Virus record (IMG/VR): IMGVR_UViG_3300035105_000009
Span: 1-34,521 of that record
DNA from: a virus
Lineage: Duplodnaviria; Caudoviricetes
Length of the DNA: 34,521 nt
Reading direction: 5' to 3' (one strand)
Shown here: one piece after another, positions 9,835 to 17,298 of the stretch
Layout of the letters: each line of letters begins with the position of its first letter
Numbering within the stretch: position 1 is the stretch's first letter
The notes under the pieces: model-generated
The model's database searches: none
The model's input: the letters and a program-made list of their open reading frames with translations, nothing else
What the model was told of the DNA's origin: nothing
Translations under genes and position numbers: made by a program

Positions 9835-11154
9835 ATGCTTAGACCAATACCACAGGAAATAGTTTACAAAGGCACAATATCAGACCTCCGCATAAGTGCA
9901 GTTGATGGAACAGCGTTTATTGATAACTGCTCTGCCATTACAACTTACGCCGACAACGCCCACCGAGTAGAGATATACGACTCCGCAGGTAAGAGGCTTG
10001 TAGGCATAGCGAAAGAGGCGGGGAGTGGGGAAAGCTTAGAGATAGCCGACCCGATTGTCTCTATTTCTAAGAGCAATCCCGGCATTATCAATCTTGGTAC
10101 TGGACATGCGTTTAGTGATGGCGACCTGTTGAAGTTCTCTGGTTTATCGGAGATGACAGAGCTTAATGGAGAATATTCTACGCTTGCGGAAACAGCGTCC
10201 GATGCCTGGGTACAAGTAGCACCTACATTAGAATCACAGACCTACATCCTCTCTCTTGCAGTATTCAACGGGAAGCTCTACGGAGGAACTTCTCCTGGCG
10301 GTAGATTATTCGAGTGGAACGGCACGGATGCCTGGGTACAAGTAGCACCTACATTAGAATCACAGACCTACATCCACTCTCTTGCAGTATTCAACGGGAA
10401 GCTCTACGGAGGAACTTATCCTGGCGGTAGATTATTCGAGTGGAACGGCACGGATGCCTGGGTACAAGTAGCACCTACATTAGAATCACAGACCTACATC
10501 CTCTCTCTTGCAGTATTCAACGGGAAGCTCTACGGAGGAACTTATCCTGGCGGTAGATTATTCGAGTGGAATGGTACGGATGCCTGGGTACAAGTAGCAC
10601 CTACATTAGAATCACAGACCTACATCCGCTCTCTTGCAGTATTCAACGGGAAGCTCTACGGAGGAACTTCTCCTGGCGGTAGATTATTCGAGTGGAACGG
10701 CACGGATGCCTGGGTACAAGTAGCACCTACATTAGAATCACAGACCTACATCCGCTCTCTTGCAGTATTCAACGGGAAGCTCTACGGAGGAACTTATTCT
10801 GGCGGTAGATTATTCGAGTGGAACGGCACGGATGCCTGGGTACAAGTAGCACCTACATTAGAATCACAGACCTACATCCTCTCTCTTGCAGTATTCAACG
10901 GGAAGCTCTACGGAGGAACTTCTCCTGGCGGTAGATTATTCGAGTGGAACGGCTGGTACGAAATTAAAGACACCTCCTCATATACTGCGGAAATTACAGG
11001 AGGCAATTGTGCACAGAAGGTAACAGCCCCCTCTACCGATGGAATCATAATAGTCAACGCTAAAGGCGGAAGCACCGAGAATTTCACAAGTGTTGACGCT
11101 GGATTTACTTACAACGCGGCGAGTTACACCGTAATTGTTAAAAAACTTAGGTGA
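9835..11154 (+). CDS. Virion protein with a six-blade beta-propeller inserted in an E1_FCCH-like domain
   Basis: ISKSNPG..GHAFSDGD..SGLSEMTELNG before and DTSSYTAEITGG after six 42-aa repeats. Confidence 0.75.
   Translation: MLRPIPQEIVYKGTISDLRISAVDGTAFIDNCSAITTYADNAHRVEIYDSAGKRLVGIAKEAGSGESLEIADPIVSISKSNPGIINLGTGHAFSDGDLLKFSGLSEMTELNGEYSTLAETASDAWVQVAPTLESQTYILSLAVFNGKLYGGTSPGGRLFEWNGTDAWVQVAPTLESQTYIHSLAVFNGKLYGGTYPGGRLFEWNGTDAWVQVAPTLESQTYILSLAVFNGKLYGGTYPGGRLFEWNGTDAWVQVAPTLESQTYIRSLAVFNGKLYGGTSPGGRLFEWNGTDAWVQVAPTLESQTYIRSLAVFNGKLYGGTYSGGRLFEWNGTDAWVQVAPTLESQTYILSLAVFNGKLYGGTSPGGRLFEWNGWYEIKDTSSYTAEITGGNCAQKVTAPSTDGIIIVNAKGGSTENFTSVDAGFTYNAASYTVIVKKLR
10201..10953 (+). repeat. Six tandem 126-bp coding repeats
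   Basis: Units start at 10201, 10327, 10453, 10579, 10705 and 10831; nearly identical. Confidence 0.97.
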
Positions 11155-11158
11155 TAAA

Positions 11159-11602
11159 ATGAAGAGATACTTACACATAGGGCTCGCATTGGTATCATTC
11201 TGGACGTTGAAAAATCCCGCATCTCAATTGACGGTGAAGAAGCTCATTAATCTTAAACAGGCCGCCGGTGACTACGATCTGTTTACGGCGACAACGCAGA
11301 ATATTTTCATTGATTTCTTGACCATAGTAATTCCGGAGGATTTGACCGAAGAAGAAAACCTAACGGCAATATCTATCCAATCGACGGATGTATCGCCTGT
11401 GGAATTTATCAGCGCAACGGCGGGGGCGGTGGCGAACCTGACCGCGAACAAATATCTCCAATATAATGCCGGGGAAACAGTAGCCGGAGGGAAGAAAATC
11501 CAGCTCACCATTGCGGGCGGAGCAACGGCGGCAGATTGTAATTGCCTTGTGTATGTTTCATACAGGCCGGTTGTCGATGGTGGTTATCTGGCGGCGGCAT
11601 AA
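11159..11602 (+). CDS. Paralog of the 8440-8967 C-terminal domain
   Basis: Shares QAAGDYDLFTA...SIQSTD..PVEFISATAGAVANLTANKYL...; ATG follows AGGTGA. Confidence 0.75.
   Translation: MKRYLHIGLALVSFWTLKNPASQLTVKKLINLKQAAGDYDLFTATTQNIFIDFLTIVIPEDLTEEENLTAISIQSTDVSPVEFISATAGAVANLTANKYLQYNAGETVAGGKKIQLTIAGGATAADCNCLVYVSYRPVVDGGYLAAA
11423..11532 (+). repeat. 110-bp perfect direct repeat, copy 2
   Basis: Identical to 8812-8921; offset 2611 bp. Confidence 0.93.
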
Positions 11603-11630
11603 AATTTGAATCTGAAAAGGGAGTAGCGCA

Positions 11631-11834
11631 ATGCCAAGCGGAAATGGATTCATAATTACAAAGGACACATGGGAGCGCACTCCCCAGGAACAACGTGACT
11701 GGATCATGTTTGAGACTGTCCAGAGCATGAATGACCGCCTGAAGGTACTTGAACGCTGGAACAAGGCCATGTCGTTCGCGGGCGGTATTACCGGCGGCAT
11801 TGCGGCGGTAATCGTAACTAAATTTTGTATGTGA
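11631..11834 (+). CDS. Holin-like small protein (coiled coil plus C-terminal TM)
   Basis: RLKVLERW followed by a hydrophobic tail; upstream of the endolysin. Confidence 0.55.
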   Translation: MPSGNGFIITKDTWERTPQEQRDWIMFETVQSMNDRLKVLERWNKAMSFAGGITGGIAAVIVTKFCM

Positions 11835-11842
11835 GGGAAATC

Positions 11843-11896
11843 ATGAGTAGCAGAAAAATAAAAGACCTAACACCCAGGATGCAGGAGAAAATCTTG
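11843..11896 (+). pseudogene. Orphaned duplicate 5' end of the endolysin gene
   Basis: Encodes MSSRKIKDLTPRMQEKIL, the same 18 aa as 12511-12564. Confidence 0.85.
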
Positions 11897-11902
11897 CACT
11901 TG

Positions 11903-12445
11903 CTATTTATTGCTACGGGATTTGTTGAATTGAATAATAGCGGAAACTCGGTCCCTGCGTGGAATCTCCCATCTATCAAACAGAGCCTTCACGCCTCCGC
12001 GTGCTTTAAGCCCAAGACGAGTCGCAATCTGGCTGAAGCTCAAACCTTCATCCCAATACATTCTTTTAAGTTCATCAAGGTCATATTTGGTTCGACTTCT
12101 GTTTATCCATTCTACAGCATTGGAAAGTTTCTCTACTTTGAGAGGGCAGAAAAAGCCGATGAGGTCGGCAAACTTAAGAATATCTTTTTGTCTGTAAATC
12201 ATAACATTGTGAACCTGTTTCCAGTGTGGTTTGGACATTTTCTTTCGAGAGCTAAGAACACAATGTATTCCAAAGTGTTTAAGATATTCAAGGCATGTGT
12301 TTATAATTACCATGTCAGTATTTGCCATGGAAATATGGTGCATAGCATGGCGTTTTCTGGTGCCGCTTCCCCTAAAGAAAATTGTTCCTTCGCCATCGAA
12401 AATACCTCGAAGCCATCCTTTCTTGAATTCGTCGCTGTGATCCAT
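11903..12445 (-). CDS. Free-standing single-motif LAGLIDADG homing endonuclease with C-terminal HTH
   Basis: GWLRGIFDGEG, ISMANTD, ELKRMYWDEGLSFSQIATRLG; AGGAGG RBS at 12451-12456. Confidence 0.9.
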   Translation of the reverse strand: MDHSDEFKKGWLRGIFDGEGTIFFRGSGTRKRHAMHHISMANTDMVIINTCLEYLKHFGIHCVLSSRKKMSKPHWKQVHNVMIYRQKDILKFADLIGFFCPLKVEKLSNAVEWINRSRTKYDLDELKRMYWDEGLSFSQIATRLGLKARGGVKALFDRWEIPRRDRVSAIIQFNKSRSNK

Positions 12446-12488
12446 GGTTTCCTCCTGTGTTTATTGTTCTCACTTCGTATGCAGGTAA

Positions 12489-12517
12489 ACTATATATGCA
12501 GGGAGATGTTATGTCAA
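12489..12517 (-). promoter_or_regulatory. Sigma70-type promoter for the LAGLIDADG gene
   Basis: TTGACA (12517-12512), 17-bp spacer, TATAGT (12494-12489). Confidence 0.75.
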
Positions 12518-12963
12518 GTAGAAAGATAAAGGATTTAACGCCAAGGATGCAAGAAAAAATACTCTTTTTTGAGCGTTGCCTAAATGAAGCTGGCTTAGGA
12601 CATTTTAAGAAGTGTTCTACTTTTCGGTCTCAACTTGAGCAGGACGCACTCTATATGCAGGGCCGGAAGCCTCTTGAGGAGGTCAACGCGGCACGAAGGG
12701 CGGTTGGCCTGTGGGAGATTGACGAGTCAACCAATAAGCGCAAGGTCACTTGGGTCAAGGTATCTGTCCATACCAGCCGGGAAGCCGTGGACTACTTCGC
12801 CCTTGTGGATGGGAAGTATTGCAACGATCTGAAAGTGGATGTTGACAAGGATTCGATCCCCGACTGGCAGGAGTTCGGGAAAATTGCCGAGGAATGCGGT
12901 TTGACCTGGGGCGGTCGGTGGAGATCGCCTGACTATCCCCATGTGCAATGGAGGGATGTTTAA
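12511..12963 (+). CDS. Endolysin, peptidase M15 (L-Ala-D-Glu peptidase-like)
   Basis: FRSQLEQDALYMQGR, SVH...AVD, GLTWGGRW, DYPHVQ; GGGAG RBS. Confidence 0.9.
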   Translation: MSSRKIKDLTPRMQEKILFFERCLNEAGLGHFKKCSTFRSQLEQDALYMQGRKPLEEVNAARRAVGLWEIDESTNKRKVTWVKVSVHTSREAVDYFALVDGKYCNDLKVDVDKDSIPDWQEFGKIAEECGLTWGGRWRSPDYPHVQWRDV

Positions 12964-13052
12964 TGACTTGGTGGATATGGGCTATGGCTGGTGTAGCTGT
13001 TGGGGTGATAGTTTGGATATTAGGGCAAGCGTATTTTAGAGGTGAATTGTAA
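12963..13052 (+). CDS. 29-aa single-TM peptide (not in the ORF track)
   Basis: MTWWIWAMAGVAVGVIVWILGQAYFRGEL; TAATG overlaps at both ends. Confidence 0.6.
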   Translation: MTWWIWAMAGVAVGVIVWILGQAYFRGEL

Positions 13053-13450
13053 TGGGCGTTTTAGGGAGTCTTTTTGGAAACGCAAAGGTAGTCGATACCG
13101 TAGCTGATACCGTAAAGAGTGGTGTCGGGATGCTTGACAACGCATTCTACACTGATCAAGAGAAAGCTGCCGATGCCGGGAAAATGATGGATACATGGCT
13201 AAAAATTCAGCAGACCACGGCAGGTGAGAACTCCATCCGGTCAATTACGCGCCGGGTGTTGGCATGGGTAATCATGGGAGTGTACGTCGTGATCGTCCTT
13301 TTTGCCTGTGTGGTCTGGAAGTTCGATGCGGCGTGGGCGGGATACATTAAGGGGATACTGACAGAGACGAACTTGAGCTACCTTGCCTTGATTGTGGGGT
13401 TCTTCTATTTTGGCTCTTACGCGGTCGGGCAGTATATAAAAAAGGAATAA
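13052..13450 (+). CDS. Holin-like membrane protein (3TM/GTA-holin-like)
   Basis: FYTDQEKA, RSITRRVLAW, two TM segments, IVGFFYFGS. Confidence 0.65.
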   Translation: MGVLGSLFGNAKVVDTVADTVKSGVGMLDNAFYTDQEKAADAGKMMDTWLKIQQTTAGENSIRSITRRVLAWVIMGVYVVIVLFACVVWKFDAAWAGYIKGILTETNLSYLALIVGFFYFGSYAVGQYIKKE

Positions 13451-13452
13451 CG

Positions 13453-14061
13453 ATGAGAATCACAACCACAATAGCCCCGGCAGTCGAGCCCGTAACGCTC
13501 ACGGAGGTCAAAATCCATCTCGGCCTTGCCACAACGGAAGCAGGGGCGGCGGCCTATACGAATCAAGATGCGCTACTCAACCGGCTCATAACGACTGCAC
13601 GGACACAGGCTGAGCAGGAAACAGGCCGGGCATTTATCACGCAGACAAAAACAATGTATCTGGATGCGTGGCCGGATGGAACCTTTATCAGGCTGCCTTA
13701 TCCCGCTTTGCAATCGGCAACCGTAACATATCGGCTGGAAGATGATGACGACTATGACGAGACCCTTTCCACGGTGGACACAGACATCGTAAGCGAGCCG
13801 GGGCGGGTGGTCTTGCAACCAAACGAATCATGGCCCTCTGGCACCCTCTACACTGACAGACCGATCAAGATAGTCTTTGTGTGCGGGTACGGGGATGATG
13901 CCGATGATGTGCCGGAGAATATCAAGTCTGCAATGCTCCTGAAAATCTCTGACCTCTACGAGAACCGGGGTGAAGTGGTCATGGGGGTGTCGGTGGGCAG
14001 GATCACGGATGCCGTTGACTCATTGCTGAGACAGTATCGTATACATTGGGAGTTTGACTGA
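13453..14061 (+). CDS. Head-tail connector (phiE125 gp8/gp6-like)
   Basis: PAVEPVTLTEVKIHL, TGRAFITQT, GYGDDADDVPENIK, LYENRG. Confidence 0.9.
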   Translation: MRITTTIAPAVEPVTLTEVKIHLGLATTEAGAAAYTNQDALLNRLITTARTQAEQETGRAFITQTKTMYLDAWPDGTFIRLPYPALQSATVTYRLEDDDDYDETLSTVDTDIVSEPGRVVLQPNESWPSGTLYTDRPIKIVFVCGYGDDADDVPENIKSAMLLKISDLYENRGEVVMGVSVGRITDAVDSLLRQYRIHWEFD

Positions 14062-14558
14062 TGCGAGCCGGGCGAATGGACAGAATCGTGACCCTCCGTG
14101 AAAAGGTCACCTCCGAAAACGCATTCGGGGAGCAGATCGAGACGTGGATTGATCTTGTCCAGACCGGAACGGAGATTGCCACGGGAACCCTGACAGCGGG
14201 GACGCTTTACCAGATCACAGCGACAGAGGAAGATCACTTCGGATCGGGGGTTGTAGCATACGACACCTTTATCGCGGCGGGAACCGAGACATGCAACGCC
14301 GCAAACAAGGTCAAACCCGTGACACTCCCCGCTACTGTATGGGCGGAGCGGCTGGAACTGAGGGGTGATGAAAAATATCAATCTATGCAGGTCGTGGGAG
14401 AAATCCAATGCATATATAGAATCCGGTATAGAGATGATGTCTCTACCCTCAATATATTCGTTGATAATGAAGACGAAAAAGAGTATAATATTAGTTATAT
14501 TAAGCAATTAGGGCGTAGGAAAGGTTTGGAAATAACGGCAAGCACCAGGAGCGAGTAG
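14061..14558 (+). CDS. Head closure/head-tail adaptor with internal insertion
   Basis: MRAGRMDRIVTL, FGEQIETW, ATVWA, RIRYRDDV. Confidence 0.85.
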   Translation: MRAGRMDRIVTLREKVTSENAFGEQIETWIDLVQTGTEIATGTLTAGTLYQITATEEDHFGSGVVAYDTFIAAGTETCNAANKVKPVTLPATVWAERLELRGDEKYQSMQVVGEIQCIYRIRYRDDVSTLNIFVDNEDEKEYNISYIKQLGRRKGLEITASTRSE

Positions 14559-14563
14559 GAACT

Positions 14564-15496
14564 ATGGGCGAACTTTACCAACTATCTTTTCCGCAAAGTG
14601 GAAAGTCATATATAGGGATTACAACTAAAACATCTTTATGGAGATATAAAATTCACGAGAAGATGGTTAACGGTAGAAACTACCCTCTTTATAATGCATG
14701 GCGAAAATATGGAGCGCCAGATCTTAAGGTTTTGGCAGTTCTTGAAGATGAGGAGCTGGCTGGCAACGAAATTAGAGCCATAAGAGCTCTAAACACTCTT
14801 GCGCCTAATGGGTATAATCTCTCTTTGGGTGGAGAATTAGCTCCCGGCAAAAACCCTCTTATAGCCAAGAAAATATCAACATCACTTACTGGCAAAAAGT
14901 TGTCTCAAAAAACGAAAGACAAGATAGGTGCTATTCATAGAGGTAAAACACTTTCTGATGGGCATAAGGCTGCAATAAGTAAAAGACATTTAGGCAGTCA
15001 TTTGTCCGAAGAACACAAGGCAAAATTAGCCAAGTCAAACAGAGGGAAACCACATCTGCGGGGGTGGAAACATACTGCCGAGACATGCAAAAAAATAAGC
15101 GAGAAATTAACAGGGAGAAGGAAATCACCTGAAGCGATTGAAAATATGAGGAAGGCAATAACCGGAAGGCATCTATCTGAAGAACATAAAAAAAAGATTG
15201 GATTGTCCGGTATTGGGAGAAAGCACAGTCCAGAATCCATAGCGAAAATGAAAGCATATAAATTCTCTGATGGACATAGGGCAAGCTTAAGCCTCTCGGC
15301 TCTGGGGAATAAGAATGGAACTGGGAATTGTAATTCAAGGCCAGTTTTAGACACAACAACAGGAGAGGTTTTTGTTTGTGCGGCATTGGTTGCTAAAACT
15401 CGCGGAATTAAAAGAACGACATTGCATAATTGGCTTAATAATATCAGCAAGCCACAAAACGGAGAATCCAATAGATATTGTTATGTGGAGGGGTGA
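14564..15496 (+). CDS. Free-standing GIY-YIG homing endonuclease with NUMOD3 repeats
   Basis: GELY..KSYIGIT, PNGYNLSLGGE, repeated H(L)SEEHK.K(I/L) motifs; AT-rich. Confidence 0.9.
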   Translation: MGELYQLSFPQSGKSYIGITTKTSLWRYKIHEKMVNGRNYPLYNAWRKYGAPDLKVLAVLEDEELAGNEIRAIRALNTLAPNGYNLSLGGELAPGKNPLIAKKISTSLTGKKLSQKTKDKIGAIHRGKTLSDGHKAAISKRHLGSHLSEEHKAKLAKSNRGKPHLRGWKHTAETCKKISEKLTGRRKSPEAIENMRKAITGRHLSEEHKKKIGLSGIGRKHSPESIAKMKAYKFSDGHRASLSLSALGNKNGTGNCNSRPVLDTTTGEVFVCAALVAKTRGIKRTTLHNWLNNISKPQNGESNRYCYVEG

Positions 15497-15499
15497 ATA

Positions 15500-17140
15500 A
15501 TGCCGCAACCCGCTTTTAAATTTGAGCTTCACGGCCTGAAAGAGTGTATGGACGCGCTTGACCAGCTTCCGACTCTTTCTATGAAGCGCGGAGTTGTGCG
15601 CAATGCCCTGAAGAAAGCGGCTATCCCCATCAAAGACCGTGCCAAAGAGAACGCGCAGGGCATCAAAATTGATAATCCCGGCGTAATAGCTGAATCGGTG
15701 AAGATTGGAACGAGCTTGAAAAAGTCACAGCGGGGAAGAACGGAGCGGGACAGGGTTACGGTGTACGTGGGATCTTCTCATCCACTCTGTATATTTGGAT
15801 CGGGGACAGTGATTGCGACAAAAGGAAAATCCAAAAAGGTTGGATGTGTCAGGGTGGGAGATGAAGTAATGACGCAGACTGGAGAATATAAAAAAGTGGT
15901 TGCAGTGCAGTCATTTCCGGCAACGCTTAAACCTAATATTGTAGAGATTACAACAGAGAAACATACGCTTAATGTTACGGAAGATCATAAAATTTTAATT
16001 CATAGGGATGGACGGAATAAATGGGTTCTGGCTGGCGAACTTTTGGAAACAGACAAAATGTATGTCAGGAAAAAACTTGGAGCGAACAAAGGTACTGGCA
16101 AGGCTTTAATTTGCCAAAACTGCGGGAAAGAGTTTCGGTCTGGGGTGGATCACGATCCACAAACTAAATACTGCTCTATGGAATGCGTCAGAGATGCCTT
16201 TAAGGGGAAGTTAATTACTTGTAGATATTGTAGAAAGCAATTTCGTTCAAACGGAAAGATAGGAAGACAGCGAATTTATTGTAGCCGAGAATGTTATATA
16301 AAAGATGCCACAAGGAAAAATCTTTTTAGCCATACATTCTCAATTGAATCAAGGAAAAAGATGAGTGAAAAAATAAAGGCAAGATTATTACGAGACCCCG
16401 AATCTCATCCGAATAAAATTATGTGCAAAAAGGGGCATCAAACAGAATATGAGGCGAAGGTAGAAGCATGGTTAAAAGAAAGGGGAGTTAAATATGAAAA
16501 ACAAAAGCAGATAGGCCGTTATTTTGTGGATTTTTATGTCCCAGAAATTCAAACGATATACGAGGCAGATGGCGCATATTGGCATAAGAATCAGATGAAT
16601 GACATAAAAAGAGATGCTGGTATAAAAAAAGTTATGCCCGATGCGAAAATCATTCATATTCATTTCTACGATGAAAGGCATAGTCCTGAAAACATGGATA
16701 GGACGCCGTTACCTGACGTTCACTATGTCGCATGCAACCCAGGCCCTAATTCATATACAAACCCAGAAATGATTGAAACACAGGGAATTGTGTCAATAAA
16801 AAAATGGGAATACAGCCAATCAAGAAAGGGGCCTGCTTCAAAACTGTACGATATATCGGTAGAAGGAGTGCATTCTTTCTTTGCGAACGGGCTTCTTGTC
16901 TCTAATAGCCACCTTTTCGAGTTCGGGACCGCCGAACGATACAAGAAAAGCGGGGCCTATACTGGGTATATTCCCCCGATGCCGTTTATGCGGGAAGCGT
17001 GGGATAGCAAAAAGAAGGTATCCCTTGACATCCTGAAAGAGGAGTTGTGGAAGGCTCTTGAGAAGGCGGCGAAGTTGCTAGCCAAGAAAGCAGCTCGCGG
17101 CACTCTAACTAAAAAGCAAATCGCCGGGTTGAGCAAATGA
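15500..17140 (+). CDS. HK97 gp10-like tail component, intein-containing
   Basis: Exteins join to 173 aa: VRNALKKAAIPIKDRAK...VGSSHPL|SHLFEFGT...PPMPFMREAWD. Confidence 0.88.
   Translation: MPQPAFKFELHGLKECMDALDQLPTLSMKRGVVRNALKKAAIPIKDRAKENAQGIKIDNPGVIAESVKIGTSLKKSQRGRTERDRVTVYVGSSHPLCIFGSGTVIATKGKSKKVGCVRVGDEVMTQTGEYKKVVAVQSFPATLKPNIVEITTEKHTLNVTEDHKILIHRDGRNKWVLAGELLETDKMYVRKKLGANKGTGKALICQNCGKEFRSGVDHDPQTKYCSMECVRDAFKGKLITCRYCRKQFRSNGKIGRQRIYCSRECYIKDATRKNLFSHTFSIESRKKMSEKIKARLLRDPESHPNKIMCKKGHQTEYEAKVEAWLKERGVKYEKQKQIGRYFVDFYVPEIQTIYEADGAYWHKNQMNDIKRDAGIKKVMPDAKIIHIHFYDERHSPENMDRTPLPDVHYVACNPGPNSYTNPEMIETQGIVSIKKWEYSQSRKGPASKLYDISVEGVHSFFANGLLVSNSHLFEFGTAERYKKSGAYTGYIPPMPFMREAWDSKKKVSLDILKEELWKALEKAAKLLAKKAARGTLTKKQIAGLSK
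15788..16906 (+). mobile_element. Intein (373 aa) with zinc-finger repeats and DUF559/Vsr-like endonuclease
   Basis: Cys1 (CIFGSGT), block B VTEDHKIL, block F LYDISVEGVHSFFANG, terminal SN before Ser+1. Internal CxxC..YCSxEC twice and YFVDFY..IYEADGAYWH. Confidence 0.9.
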
Positions 17141-17298
17141 GAAAGGTTACCCGATACAACTACACGGCTTGGGATATCGCACAGAGGACCGGGAAGTCTA
17201 TCAATCAGATTCGGGATGATATCGGGGCCGGTAAGCTGGACATGAAAGACTTGGAAAGCATGGCAACTTATATTGAGGAGCACAGGGAAAGAAGATGA
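17137..17298 (+). CDS. 53-aa HTH-like protein (not in the ORF track)
   Basis: MRKVTRYNYTAWDIAQRTGKSINQIRDDIGAGKLDMKDLESMATYIEEHRERR; ATGA overlaps at both ends. Confidence 0.65.
   Translation: MRKVTRYNYTAWDIAQRTGKSINQIRDDIGAGKLDMKDLESMATYIEEHRERR

Noticed and set aside
10201-10953. CRISPR array
   Set aside because: Contiguous in-frame 126-bp coding units with no unique spacers and no cas operon.
10201-10953. Diversity-generating retroelement; the variants CAC/CTC/CGC and TAT/TCT could be changes at A
   Set aside because: No reverse transcriptase or separate template repeat in the window, and the many other adenines, including nearly all AAC codons, are invariant.
11897-12510. Group I intron in the endolysin gene
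   Set aside because: The endonuclease is antisense and fills almost all of the insert, leaving no room for a ribozyme core. The downstream gene is already complete.
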